Notes: generated by a model not told the origin, from the letters alone. Shown: positions 38,093-47,992, counted from the stretch's first letter. The stretch is DNA of 64,000 bases from Methylobacter sp. (GCA_024636505.1 JAGXGY010000044.1:9319-73318); one strand, 5' to 3'. Numbers and translations: made by a program.

Positions 38093-39832
38093 TTAGTATT
38101 GATGCGCAGTATCATCGAGGCATAACTCCCTGACCGCATCTTCGGTATGAAAAAACACTTTGCCGGGTTTCAGTTGCTTGAAAAAATCGGTTTTTTCAAG
38201 TTTGTCCAGCACTGGGCCTTTGGCTTCGGCTATATGCACGGTCTTGTTGGCGGCTTGCAGCAGCTGGTTCAGATTTTCCAGCGCTTCCAGCGCGGTAGTG
38301 TCTATGTCGCTGATCGAGGTGAAAATCAGCACGATATGTTTGATGCCCGGCTGCCGTCTTAATTCGGCGTTGATGAAGTCTTCGATGTAATTGATATTGG
38401 CAAACGTGATGCTTTCATCAATACGCAATAACAGCAGATGCGGCCAGGTTTCGACCGAGTGGCGCTTGATGTTGCGGTAATGTTCGCTGCCGGGCAGGCG
38501 TCCGACTACGGCGATATGCGGATGGCTGGTTTTGCGCAAATAGCTGATTAGCGTCAGGATGATGCCCAGGGTGATGCCTTCTTCTATGCCGTAGATCAAA
38601 ACGCCCAGCAAGGTAGCGATTTCGGCGATGCCGTCGCCACGGTCATAGCGCCAAGTGACCAGGATATTGCCCAGTTTCACTAACGGAATGATGGCGACCA
38701 GGATAATCGCAGCCAGCGCCGCTTTGGGGATATTTTCAAACCACGGGCTGAAAAAGATGACTGCCAACGCCAGCAGTCCGGCGGCGATCAGCATAGCCAT
38801 TTGAGTGCGCGCACCGGCGGAAAAATTCACCATGGTGCGGCTAAAGCCGCCGGCTACCGGCATGCCGCCGGACAGGGCGGCGATTAAGTTAGCAACGCCC
38901 AGACCAACAAGTTCCTGATTAGGCGCGATTTTTTCGCCTCTTAAATTGGCGGTGACTTTGGCAATGGCGACGCTTTCCACATAGGCAATCAATGCGATAA
39001 AACCGGAGTAAGGCAATAACAGCCGCCATTTTTCCAGCGTGCCGAAAGCGGTGTTGAGTTCAGGAAAGCCCGCCGGGACATGACCGACAACCGCCACTTG
39101 CTGATTAAAATAAGTGACCGCCAGCGTTGCCAGAACGATGGTCAGTAACGGCCCGCATTTGCTGATGGCGGTAGTGAGGGCAGGCGATAGACCCATTTTT
39201 TTAAGCAGCAGCGTTAGCGGCTTGCCGAAAAACACCAGCAAGCCCAGCGCGGCGACGCCGATCAACAGCGTGGCTGGCACAAAGCCCGATACATAATCGC
39301 GGTAACAGGCCATATCAACGCCGCATGAGGGCGTTGCCAAGCCGAACAACTGCGGCAACTGACTGCCGATAATCAACAGCGCTGCGCCGCTGGTAAAGCC
39401 GGTCAGTACCGGATGACTGATGAAGTTCACCAATCCGCCCATGCGCAACAGCGCCATTAACAACATGATGATGCCGCTTTCCGCCGACAGAATCAGCGCG
39501 CTTTGCACCGAGTCGCCCAGTACGCCGATTTCCGGCGCGTTCAAGGCACTGGCAATCATAATGGCGGCAATCGACACCGGTCCGACCGACAGCGTGCGGC
39601 TGGTGCCGAGCAGCGCGTAGAATACCGGCGGCAGGATGCTGGCATAAAGCCCCAGTTGCGGCGGCAGACCGGCCAGGATCGCGTAGGCAATGCCTTGCGG
39701 CACCAGTAAAATGGCGGTAATGATACCGGCAAACAGGTCGCCGTTAAATTCCTCGCGGGTGTAGGACTTTAGCCAGCTTACAATCGGGAATAATTGCATG
39801 AATCGTGATTCGCGGTAATTTGGGGATGTCAT
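38093..39832 (-). CDS. sulP: SulP-family anion permease with STAS domain
   Basis: DLFAGI, PQGIAYA.LAGLP..GLYAS, NQELVGLG, GGFSRT and a C-terminal STAS domain (DIDTTA). Confidence 0.93.
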   Translation of the reverse strand: MTSPNYRESRFMQLFPIVSWLKSYTREEFNGDLFAGIITAILLVPQGIAYAILAGLPPQLGLYASILPPVFYALLGTSRTLSVGPVSIAAIMIASALNAPEIGVLGDSVQSALILSAESGIIMLLMALLRMGGLVNFISHPVLTGFTSGAALLIIGSQLPQLFGLATPSCGVDMACYRDYVSGFVPATLLIGVAALGLLVFFGKPLTLLLKKMGLSPALTTAISKCGPLLTIVLATLAVTYFNQQVAVVGHVPAGFPELNTAFGTLEKWRLLLPYSGFIALIAYVESVAIAKVTANLRGEKIAPNQELVGLGVANLIAALSGGMPVAGGFSRTMVNFSAGARTQMAMLIAAGLLALAVIFFSPWFENIPKAALAAIILVAIIPLVKLGNILVTWRYDRGDGIAEIATLLGVLIYGIEEGITLGIILTLISYLRKTSHPHIAVVGRLPGSEHYRNIKRHSVETWPHLLLLRIDESITFANINYIEDFINAELRRQPGIKHIVLIFTSISDIDTTALEALENLNQLLQAANKTVHIAEAKGPVLDKLEKTDFFKQLKPGKVFFHTEDAVRELCLDDTAHQY

Positions 39833-40022
39833 GGTAAGGATGCTCTTGATTTGTTTTGGTTATCATCTATAATTTTTTCCGTTGGGTGCGCTGTTGCTGC
39901 GTATCTCCTGCCATCAGGGTAACTGAGATGGCGTGAAGTAAGACGATTTTCAGAGTCGTCCCCTTCGGGCATGTAGGGCTGTACTAAGGAATCCCCCTGC
40001 TTTAGCTGGGGGTGGATGTCAA
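39822..40022 (+). mobile_element. IS200/IS605-derived ORF-less element, copy 3 (promoter, omegaRNA-like region and right end; left end eroded)
   Basis: GTAAGGATGCTC-TTGATT-N16-TATAAT matches copy 4. Ends GGAATCCCCCTGCTTTAGCTGGGGGTGGATGTCAA. Confidence 0.72.
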
Positions 40023-40198
40023 CTAATGCCATAGAGGATAGCGGCGTCTTTCGATAAAGCTCAGGATATGCGTGGGTCTTCGTTCCGGCAGTTTAGTCGG
40101 GGGGATTTGCGGCGTAGTGCACTTGGCGTACATTCCCTGCATCCTTGTGGGTTATGCCGGAATAACGGTGTAATTTTCAGCCGCAGATCATTTATCAC

Positions 40199-40256
40199 TC
40201 CAGTCGCGACGTAGGCGTCGCTCCCACGTGGGAGCGACGCCTACGTCGCGACTGGA
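40199..40256. repeat. REP family B tail-to-tail 58-bp perfect palindrome
   Basis: TCCAGTCGCGACGTAGGCGTCGCTCCCAC|GTGGGAGCGACGCCTACGTCGCGACTGGA. Confidence 0.9.
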
Positions 40257-40296
40257 AAACAGTTTAAGCGCTGAACGGCGCGTAGGAACGAGAAAC

Positions 40297-41550
40297 TCAA
40301 TCTTCTTTGATAAATTTTTTGGCATAGTCTTCCCGATGCGGAATATCAATGCGGTAGCCTTTAAGCATCAAAGACCAGTACATCCAAGGGAAGCCCATGA
40401 TTTTGCCCCACCACCAGATCAGTCGGCTTTTTCTGGGGTCCAGGAAAGGGAACGAAGGCGTGACCTTGCCGTCGTAGGCAAATTCGGCCAGTATCACGCT
40501 ATTTAGCGAGGTGGTTAACGGACAGGAGCCGTAACCGTCATAGCCTTCTTTTAGCTTTGCGCTGTTCTTCAGGCTAAGAATATTGTCGACCACCACCGGC
40601 ACCTGTTTGCGCACTGCGGCGGCGGTTTTGGCATTCGGGGTCGAGGTGGCATCGCCCAGGCCGAAAATATTGCCGTATTGATTGTGTTGCAGGGTTTTGG
40701 GGTTGACATCCACCCAACCGGCGGCATTGGCCAGAGGGCTGTTTTTAATGAAATCCGGCGCACTTTGCGGCGGCGTCACATGGATCATGTCGAAGGCTTT
40801 AGCGATGCGCTGCTTGTTGCCGTCGCTGTCGGTGGTTTCAAAGGTGGCGATTTTGGCCGGACCGTCGATGGCAATCAGATTATGGTTGAAACTGGTTTTA
40901 ATGCCGTAGTCGGCGACGACTTTGTTTAGGGCTTTGGCAAAAAACGGTACGCCGAACATGCCCGGTCCGGCATTTAAAAACTCAAGAGTGAACTTGTCCA
41001 GTGTGCCGCGTTTACGAAAGCGGTCTGCCGCCAGATACATGATTTTTTGCGGCGCGCCTGCGCACTTGATCGGCATCGGCGGTTGAGTGAACAGCGCCGT
41101 GCCTTCTTTGATATTTTGGATACATTCCCAGGTGTATTCCACGGTTTCGGCGGAATAATTGCTGCATACATTGTTTTTGTTCAGCGTTTCTTTCAGGCCT
41201 TCAATCTTGTCCCAATCCAGTTGCAGGCCGGGGCAGACTACCAAGTAGTCGTAACTGATCGTATCGCCGGAACGTAACGTGACGCTGTTGTCGTTCGGTT
41301 GAAAGATTTCTGCGTAATCCTTGATCCAGGTGACGCTTGGGTGGATCAAGTCGGCTTCATTACGCGTGGTTTGTTTTAGCGTATAAGCGCCGCCGCCGAT
41401 AATGGTGAAGCCCGGCTGGTAATAGTGAACTTCGGACGGTTCAACGATGGCGATATCAATATCGGCGTTTTGACGGCGCATATTGTTGGCAACGGAAACG
41501 CCAGCGGCGCCTCCGCCTATGATGAGTAAGGTATGGTGTTGGTTTGACAT
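40297..41550 (-). CDS. sqr: Sulfide:quinone oxidoreductase (type II-like)
   Basis: IIGGGAAG, HYYQPG, IKCAGAPQK, KTAAA and YDGYGSCPL (redox Cys pair). Confidence 0.9.
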   Translation of the reverse strand: MSNQHHTLLIIGGGAAGVSVANNMRRQNADIDIAIVEPSEVHYYQPGFTIIGGGAYTLKQTTRNEADLIHPSVTWIKDYAEIFQPNDNSVTLRSGDTISYDYLVVCPGLQLDWDKIEGLKETLNKNNVCSNYSAETVEYTWECIQNIKEGTALFTQPPMPIKCAGAPQKIMYLAADRFRKRGTLDKFTLEFLNAGPGMFGVPFFAKALNKVVADYGIKTSFNHNLIAIDGPAKIATFETTDSDGNKQRIAKAFDMIHVTPPQSAPDFIKNSPLANAAGWVDVNPKTLQHNQYGNIFGLGDATSTPNAKTAAAVRKQVPVVVDNILSLKNSAKLKEGYDGYGSCPLTTSLNSVILAEFAYDGKVTPSFPFLDPRKSRLIWWWGKIMGFPWMYWSLMLKGYRIDIPHREDYAKKFIKED

Positions 41551-41675
41551 AAATTCCTCTTAAGTCTGTAGTTATTAGAATATTGTGGTACACGACAAAA
41601 AAGTGTAAAGCAACCTGATTTTTTTGTCATGTCCCCATTTTTCTTTTATCGGCCGGTTTCTTAGGCGTTTGGGTT

Positions 41676-42818
41676 TTAGGCGTTACTTTTCCACGCTTCA
41701 AAGCCGCCAGCCATAGACAGCACGTTAGTGTAACCCAATTGTTGCAGGGTTTGCGCTGCCAGTGCCGAACGGTTGCCCAAGCGACAGTAAATCAGTATGG
41801 TTTTCGATTTATCGGCCAGTTCAGGCATATTGCCGACTTTAAACTCCAGCATGCCGCGCGGCAACAATAAGGCGCCGTCAATATGCCCTGCGGCGTATTC
41901 GCTTTCTTCGCGGGTATCGATCAGCACGATATTGCCTTGTGCAAGCAGCTGTTTCGATTTGGCGACATCGATTTCAACGATCTGTTGCTTGGCTGCTGCC
42001 ACCATCATTGCCGCGCCTGTTCCCGATAGGCGTGCGGCATACACACCATCCTTGGCGATATCTTCGGTTTTGGTGCTGGCGCGGATCGGCAGCGTTGCGT
42101 CTCTGAGCGCTACCGCGTCCTGGCGCTCGTTCTCATCCAAACCGCAATAACGGTTGGCAGGGACGGCTTCATCGATTAAGCGGGGTTTGGGTAAGTTCAG
42201 GTTGTTCATGATCTCGATAAACTGTTCGCGGGTCTTGTCGGCCAGACGCGGATTGGTGGTGCGTTCCTGCATGATGCTGCTGACCCAGTGCTGCTGATAA
42301 TCATGGCCGGGATAGACCAGCGTTTCATCCGGCAGAGTAAACAAGCGCTGGGTGATACCGTCATATTGCGCACCGGCATCGCCGCCCTGGAAATCGGTGC
42401 GGCCGCAACCGCCGATCAATAACGAATCGCCGGTAAACAGCCGGTCGTGCCATAAAAACGAAATACTGCCGCGCGTATGTCCTGGTGTGGCAATCACCTT
42501 GATCTGTTCGTTGCCGGCGAATTTAAAAATATCGCCGTCCTGAATTTGAATGTCGGCAGATTCGGCGCCGCACAGTCCGCTGATGCCGGTTTGCGCGCCC
42601 AGACGTTGGCGCAGCAGACCGCTGGCGGTGATATGGTCGGCATGAACATGGGTTTCCAGCGAATATTTCAGTTGCAGGTCATGTGCTTTTAATAGCTCGA
42701 TATACTCATCAATATGGGTGTTGACCGGATCAATCAGAACGGCATCCTTGCTGACCGGGTCGGCAATCAAATAGGTGTAAGTCCAGGTTTCCTGATCGAA
42801 TAATTGTTTGAATAGCAT
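41676..42818 (-). CDS. Persulfide dioxygenase (ETHE1-like MBL fold) fused to rhodanese
   Basis: ETHVHADH, TPGHT, GCGRTDFQ and YPGHDY; C-terminal DTRE..EY..GHI and YCRLGNRS. Start is ATG 42818 with GGAG RBS. Confidence 0.9.
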   Translation of the reverse strand: MLFKQLFDQETWTYTYLIADPVSKDAVLIDPVNTHIDEYIELLKAHDLQLKYSLETHVHADHITASGLLRQRLGAQTGISGLCGAESADIQIQDGDIFKFAGNEQIKVIATPGHTRGSISFLWHDRLFTGDSLLIGGCGRTDFQGGDAGAQYDGITQRLFTLPDETLVYPGHDYQQHWVSSIMQERTTNPRLADKTREQFIEIMNNLNLPKPRLIDEAVPANRYCGLDENERQDAVALRDATLPIRASTKTEDIAKDGVYAARLSGTGAAMMVAAAKQQIVEIDVAKSKQLLAQGNIVLIDTREESEYAAGHIDGALLLPRGMLEFKVGNMPELADKSKTILIYCRLGNRSALAAQTLQQLGYTNVLSMAGGFEAWKSNA

Positions 42819-42856
42819 GTGTCTCTCCGGTGGGTTATAGGATATGTATTCGTTAA

Positions 42857-42872
42857 TGCAACACCTGTGCCA
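42857..42872 (-). promoter_or_regulatory. Sigma54 promoter of pdo-sqr(-sulP)
   Basis: Minus strand TGGCAC-AGGTG-TTGCA. Confidence 0.88.
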
Positions 42873-42957
42873 AAGATTAAGGCAGTGGCTAAAGGCTAAA
42901 AGACAACGGCTGAAGAACAGGAAAGGTTTTTTCGCCTTTTGCCTTGTGCCTTTCGCC

Positions 42958-43016
42958 TGTCTCATATATCGTTTCAGTGAAACATTTATTCGATTCAGTG
43001 AGACGCTTGTGAAACA
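42958..43016. promoter_or_regulatory. Candidate enhancer sites for the adjacent activator
   Basis: Repeated GT(T/C)TCA / TGA(A/G)AC half-sites, including GTTTCA-G-TGAAAC, about 90-140 bp upstream of the sigma54 site. Confidence 0.55.
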
Positions 43017-43017
43017 G

Positions 43018-44352
43018 ATGAATAAGTTCTTGTCAGACTGGCTGGAAAGCCAACCGATACAGCCGCTGTTTTTAAAACTGCTGGCCCTTTGCGATGTCGC
43101 AGCCTTGTATATGGTTAACCGGGATCAACAGATCGTTCACTGGAGCCGAGCTGCGGAGCAGTTAACGGGATTGCAGGCCGGAGACATCATAGGCAAAACC
43201 TGTCTTCAAGGATACGCGATTATTGAGGGCGGTGAACATAAAAAACAACGCATAAAGTCATCTCAGGCGGACGGTCATGAAATTGAGCTGGAAAAAATTA
43301 TCCAGGTTTTGTATGACCGGGATGGGGTTTTTGCCGGCGGCTTAGGACTGTTGCACCCTGCTTTGGAACAGACGGCCAGTACTGCTTTGCCGAAAAAAGC
43401 GCCTGTGCTGGATGAAAAGCAGGGTTTTCATGGTTTGCTCAGCCGCTCACCGGCGATGCAGGCGGTTTTTCAGATTATTCAAAATGCCGCAGAAACCGAA
43501 GCGACGGTATTGGTCAGGGGCGAGAGCGGTTCCGGCAAGGAACTGGTTGCCAAGGCTATTCACGATCTGAGCGCCCGCCGCCATGCGCCGTTTCTGGCGA
43601 TCAATTGCGCGGCCTTGTCCGGCAGCCTGTTGGACAGCGAACTGTTCGGCCATGTGCGCGGCGCGTTTACCGGTGCGGTCAAGGATCATCGCGGCCTGTT
43701 TCAGCGTGCGCATGGCGGTACGCTGTTTCTGGATGAGGTGGCCGAACTGCCCCTGGAATTGCAGGCCAAACTGCTGCGGGTCATTCAGGAAAGAAATTTC
43801 ATTCCGGTAGGCGGCGACCGTTGTATCGATGTCGATGTGCGCATCGTCGCGGCAACGCATCGCTCATTGCGGGAAGAGGTTAAACTGGGGCATTTTCGCG
43901 AAGACCTGATGTACCGGCTCAGGGTCGTGCCTGTTTTTATTCCGCCGTTGCGCGAGCGTCGGGAAGATATAACCTTGCTGATCTGGCATTTTATCCGGCA
44001 GCATAATGCGGCCAATTTCAGGAGAATTGAAAAAATCGACCCGCAGGCGATGCGGGCTTTGTTGGATTATACGTGGCCGGGCAATATCCGGGAGCTGCAT
44101 AATGTCGTCGAATATGCGTTTGCGGTAGGCAGAGGCACGACCTTGCGCTGCTCAGAATTGCCGCCCGAGTTTAGAGAGTCGCGTACTGTTGAGTCTCAAA
44201 CTGTGCAAATTCTGCCGTTGTCGGCGGAAGAAGAGGCAGCGTCAATCCGTCAGGCGTTGGAGCGGAGTCATGGCAAGGTGACTCAAGCCGCTCTGACACT
44301 CGGTATGAGCCGGGCAACTTTTTGGCGTAAACGCAAATTTTATGGGTTATGA
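43018..44352 (+). CDS. Sigma54-dependent Fis-family activator (PAS-AAA+-HTH)
   Basis: GESGSGKE, ELFGH..GAFTGA, FLDEV, WPGNIREL and a C-terminal HTH. Probable start is ATG 43018, since the longer ORF would overlap the divergent promoter. Confidence 0.92.
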   Translation: MNKFLSDWLESQPIQPLFLKLLALCDVAALYMVNRDQQIVHWSRAAEQLTGLQAGDIIGKTCLQGYAIIEGGEHKKQRIKSSQADGHEIELEKIIQVLYDRDGVFAGGLGLLHPALEQTASTALPKKAPVLDEKQGFHGLLSRSPAMQAVFQIIQNAAETEATVLVRGESGSGKELVAKAIHDLSARRHAPFLAINCAALSGSLLDSELFGHVRGAFTGAVKDHRGLFQRAHGGTLFLDEVAELPLELQAKLLRVIQERNFIPVGGDRCIDVDVRIVAATHRSLREEVKLGHFREDLMYRLRVVPVFIPPLRERREDITLLIWHFIRQHNAANFRRIEKIDPQAMRALLDYTWPGNIRELHNVVEYAFAVGRGTTLRCSELPPEFRESRTVESQTVQILPLSAEEEAASIRQALERSHGKVTQAALTLGMSRATFWRKRKFYGL

Positions 44353-44505
44353 TTTAATCCGCCGACCTTCCCGTGAACGCATCGCTATCGACACACGTTA
44401 ACGAGGGGCGATCCGGCAGGTCGTCCGCATTGCGATAATGCTGATGTATCGTCAATGATGCGCTTCACGTTGTTCAGCACGGGCATGCCCTGCCCACTTA
44501 TGAAT

Positions 44506-45165
44506 TTATTCCCGCAACAGCCCTACTATGCGTGTTTCCAGTTCTGGATAAGCGCCAAATGCACAATCCCTTAAGATGCCTTTTTTATCCACCAGGATAT
44601 GCGAAGGAGTGCCTTTTAATTCGAAGCGCTCAAAGGTTTCTGCGTGGTAATCAAGAGACTGAAAATAATCCCGTACTTGCTGATGGATTTTTTGCCGATC
44701 AGGTTTCGGCTGCTGGTCAAAGCCGGGAACACGGTGTTTGATAAAAGCGGCGATTATCTCCGCGCTGACCTCGGCTTGGCGTTTGTTTAAGCGATCCATC
44801 GCCAGCGGAAAAGGGATGCGATAGGGCAGGCGGCCTTCGGTTAACTGCCCTTGCCGGTTTAGATAATGCAATGTTTCGCCGACAACCTCACCGTGTTCGG
44901 CTAGGCGGATCAAATTGTGCAGATTGTTTTTGTCGAAATCCTCAAACGCTGTGGCGACGCCCAATACCGTTAAGCCCTGATCCGAATATTTCCGGTGCAG
45001 ATCGACCGCTTGCGGCAGGGAGTATAAGAAACAGCCGGGACAGTTCACCTGAAAGACTGCCACCAGCACCACCCGGCCTGTTAGCTGATCAAAATTTACC
45101 GGTTCGCCCTGAACCCAGTCAGAAACCGATAATAACGGGGCTTTTTGGTTTAGTTGTGCTTTCAT
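44506..45165 (-). CDS. Thioredoxin-fold (TlpA/AhpC-like) protein
   Basis: FQVNCPGC and GTPSHILVDKKG. Confidence 0.8.
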   Translation of the reverse strand: MKAQLNQKAPLLSVSDWVQGEPVNFDQLTGRVVLVAVFQVNCPGCFLYSLPQAVDLHRKYSDQGLTVLGVATAFEDFDKNNLHNLIRLAEHGEVVGETLHYLNRQGQLTEGRLPYRIPFPLAMDRLNKRQAEVSAEIIAAFIKHRVPGFDQQPKPDRQKIHQQVRDYFQSLDYHAETFERFELKGTPSHILVDKKGILRDCAFGAYPELETRIVGLLRE

Positions 45166-45667
45166 GGCTTTATCCTTTAAATAATATAAGTCTCTATATT
45201 TAAGCGTAGCGTGCTTTTTCTCCGGGGGAATGCCTGCATGGAATGAGAAAAAAAGAGCGCGCTAGATCAATGCTGCCGGCTTAAGTCGGCATTCAATTTA
45301 TCTGTGTCAGGATCTTTCGGCTTGACTTGAATTTTGACAGGTTAATAGTTTTTCTTTAATTTGACCATGAAATCCCGATAAGCAGGGTTTTCGTTTGGTT
45401 TGTCGGCGCAACCGCCGCCGTTTGATGAGGAAGAGCCGGGATAAGCCGGTTCGCCACTTCCAGAGATGCGATAAAACCGGCGGAATTCTATTTTTTTCAA
45501 CGCCATCGCCGCCTTTCGTGACCGGCATTGCCCCCCCTTATCATCAATTCGTCGATAGCGGTTACCATGACCTATGGCAGCTGAGACCCGGTAAATCCCT
45601 GGGGATATATCGCGGTAACCATTGATCTGAGCATGGTATACTGACCGGCTTACATTAAGGCTGATAA

Positions 45668-46516
45668 ATGACTGATAAAACTATTCAAACACTGGAGCTG
45701 CATCCGCTTTGCACTTACTTTCCGCGCATGTCCGATGCCGAGTTTATTTCGCTTAAAGAAAACATACAGGCTAACGGGCAGACACACCCTATCTACACGC
45801 TGGACGGCATGATTCTGGATGGCGGCAATCGCTATCGTGCGCTGTGTGAACTGGGTATTACGCCGGTCGTTATTGAATACACCGGCTCCAATCCTACGCA
45901 ATTTATCTTGTCGTCAAATTTACACCGGAGACATTTATCTCAGGGACAGTCTGCGGCTATCGTATCGGCCTCTCAAAGCTGGGTAAATGCTCAGGCACAG
46001 GATAATAACGCCCAATTGCAGAATGTTGTGCCGTTAGACAGCGCAACATCCAGGGCTAAACAATCCGGAGTAGGGCATCGCACGCAACAGTTGGCCGATA
46101 AGCTGGTTAAGGAAGCGTCGGCGGAACTGGTAAAGGAGGTTATAGACGGTAAAAAAAGCCTGAATAAGGCCATTAAAGAGATCTCGCCGCCTAAGCCTGT
46201 AGCGCCCAAGCCTGAGCCCGCTCCAACTGTCGAACCGGAAGCTGAGGACAGCCGGAGCTGCATTATTGACCAACAGCAAAGTGCGATACATACGTTAGAA
46301 GCCGATAACAAGGTGATGTTGAAGGTGTTCGAGTCTGACGATAGGATTTCAGCCTCGATTGCACAAGTTAAGCAATTAACCGAGCTGAACAGGGATTTGA
46401 ACGAGCGCATCAATGGCTTGATGACCGACAAGGAAGATGCGCTCAACACCGCTAACTACTGGAAAGATCGGTTCTTAAGACTCGAAGCAGAATTTAACAA
46501 CAGCATTGCAAAATAA
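45668..46516 (+). CDS. ParB/Spo0J N-terminal-domain protein of phage type with C-terminal coiled coil
   Basis: HPL...FP.MS..EF..L..NI..NGQ..PI, ILDGGNRYRA and NLHRRHLS. Confidence 0.8.
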   Translation: MTDKTIQTLELHPLCTYFPRMSDAEFISLKENIQANGQTHPIYTLDGMILDGGNRYRALCELGITPVVIEYTGSNPTQFILSSNLHRRHLSQGQSAAIVSASQSWVNAQAQDNNAQLQNVVPLDSATSRAKQSGVGHRTQQLADKLVKEASAELVKEVIDGKKSLNKAIKEISPPKPVAPKPEPAPTVEPEAEDSRSCIIDQQQSAIHTLEADNKVMLKVFESDDRISASIAQVKQLTELNRDLNERINGLMTDKEDALNTANYWKDRFLRLEAEFNNSIAK

Positions 46517-46543
46517 CATGCCAACACAAGAGAAAACCCGATA

Positions 46544-46849
46544 ATGTTGACGCTACCCTCGCTATGGAACCTGATTATTTCCACTCTGGTGTTTTTCGTA
46601 GCCGTCAGGTATCTGCGCCGCTATCTGGAAGAGCAGGGCTTGCCTAAAGGCATGACACGCGGCACACTGGTGTTTGTGCTGGCTTCCCTGGTGTCATGGG
46701 GATCGGGAGAGGCCGTGGACTGGACGCAACAAAAAATACAGGGGCCGCAACCGGCGGTGCAAACTTCGGTTGAGCTGACGCAACTGCTGAAAGCGGCAGG
46801 TCTGGAGCAACCTGTGACCGCCGCATCAAAGGAACTGGGTTCGAAATAA
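46544..46849 (+). CDS. Small hypothetical membrane protein
   Basis: Two TM segments. Confidence 0.65.
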   Translation: MLTLPSLWNLIISTLVFFVAVRYLRRYLEEQGLPKGMTRGTLVFVLASLVSWGSGEAVDWTQQKIQGPQPAVQTSVELTQLLKAAGLEQPVTAASKELGSK

Positions 46850-46879
46850 CTGCTTGGCGATGCGCAAATAAAGTGCGGC

Positions 46880-47383
46880 TTAAAAGCAGCTGCCATAATC
46901 CAGTAACAACTCATCGCAGCCAAAAAATATTCTCGGGTAGTCTATACGTATCAATAGCTTCAAGCTATATTCGAAAAACACGCTGACCGTCAGCAATCGA
47001 GCGCACGCCGCCCAAACGCTTAGAGCGGTATTGGGCGAGCATCGCCAAACAGCGGTTGTCCACCAGACAATCGGCAGCACTAGCATCACATGCACATCAT
47101 CCCAGCTGGATACGGTAAATATGCCGGCTTTTGCCAGGGTGTCTGCGGCATACAAACAAAGGTTCAGGATAAGAAAAAAAGGCCAGAACGCCCACTTGAG
47201 TGCTACGCCGCCATTCCATGCGGCCAACAGATAGTTATCAGCGGATTTTTTCGGTTGATCTCCTTCGAAAAATAGTGAACTGATAAACAGCACAGCAAAC
47301 AGGACGATAAACATAATCAGCAAATCCAGCGGGCTGGCTAAACCAATATGAGCGAAAAATAAGGGTAATGAATAAATGAACAT
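46880..47383 (-). CDS. Hypothetical membrane protein
   Basis: Several TM segments. Confidence 0.7.
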   Translation of the reverse strand: MFIYSLPLFFAHIGLASPLDLLIMFIVLFAVLFISSLFFEGDQPKKSADNYLLAAWNGGVALKWAFWPFFLILNLCLYAADTLAKAGIFTVSSWDDVHVMLVLPIVWWTTAVWRCSPNTALSVWAACARLLTVSVFFEYSLKLLIRIDYPRIFFGCDELLLDYGSCF

Positions 47384-47420
47384 AATTGAACGATTTGTGT
47401 ACAGGCAATGAAACGCTTAA

Positions 47421-47765
47421 TCAGCGTTGTTTCAGTAATAATGCAAACTGCTCAATCGGCACCGGCTTGCCGAACAAGTAACCCTGAATAGTCGGGCAAG
47501 CGTGACGCTCCAAAAAAGCGCGTTGCTCTTCTGTTTCTACGCCTTCAGCAATCACATCCATGCCAGGATTGTCGGCCAGGCCGATAATGGTTTGCACAAT
47601 CACGGTATCGGTAGGTTGTACGCCAATATTGCGGGCGAAGGACTGATCGATCTTCAGTTGATCAAACGGCAGTTGTGCTAGGTAAGCCAGCGATGAATAG
47701 CCGGTGCCGAAATCATCCATGGAAAAACGCACCCGATTTTTTTGAGGGCGTGCATTTTAATGATA
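47421..47765 (-). pseudogene. C-terminal fragment of an EAL-domain phosphodiesterase
   Basis: MDDFGTGYSSL, LKIDQSF, AEGVET and QGYLF. The upstream MHALKKIG/VRF is out of frame by 1 nt and the N-terminal half of the domain is missing. Confidence 0.8.
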
Positions 47766-47992
47766 GCCTCTTTTATTCAGGCGTAATACCGGTAAAAAAG
47801 CACGACTGCAAGCGTACATACCCTTGAAAGACAAAAAAACGGGCGCATTGTCAGTAATGGCGGCGTTTAATAAAAAATAGAGTTTGCCGCTTGCGCACTT
47901 TTTATAAGGCTGACAAAGGTTATTTATTTTTCAGCAGTTCGCGTAAAATCAGGCGTTCAGAATTTGCTTAACCATACATACCGGGAAATACC

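Noticed and set aside
42819-43017. Long N-terminal extensions of the PDO (to 42965) and activator (from 42844) ORFs
   Set aside because: They would overlap each other and cover the sigma54 promoter and enhancer sites. The downstream ATGs fit better.
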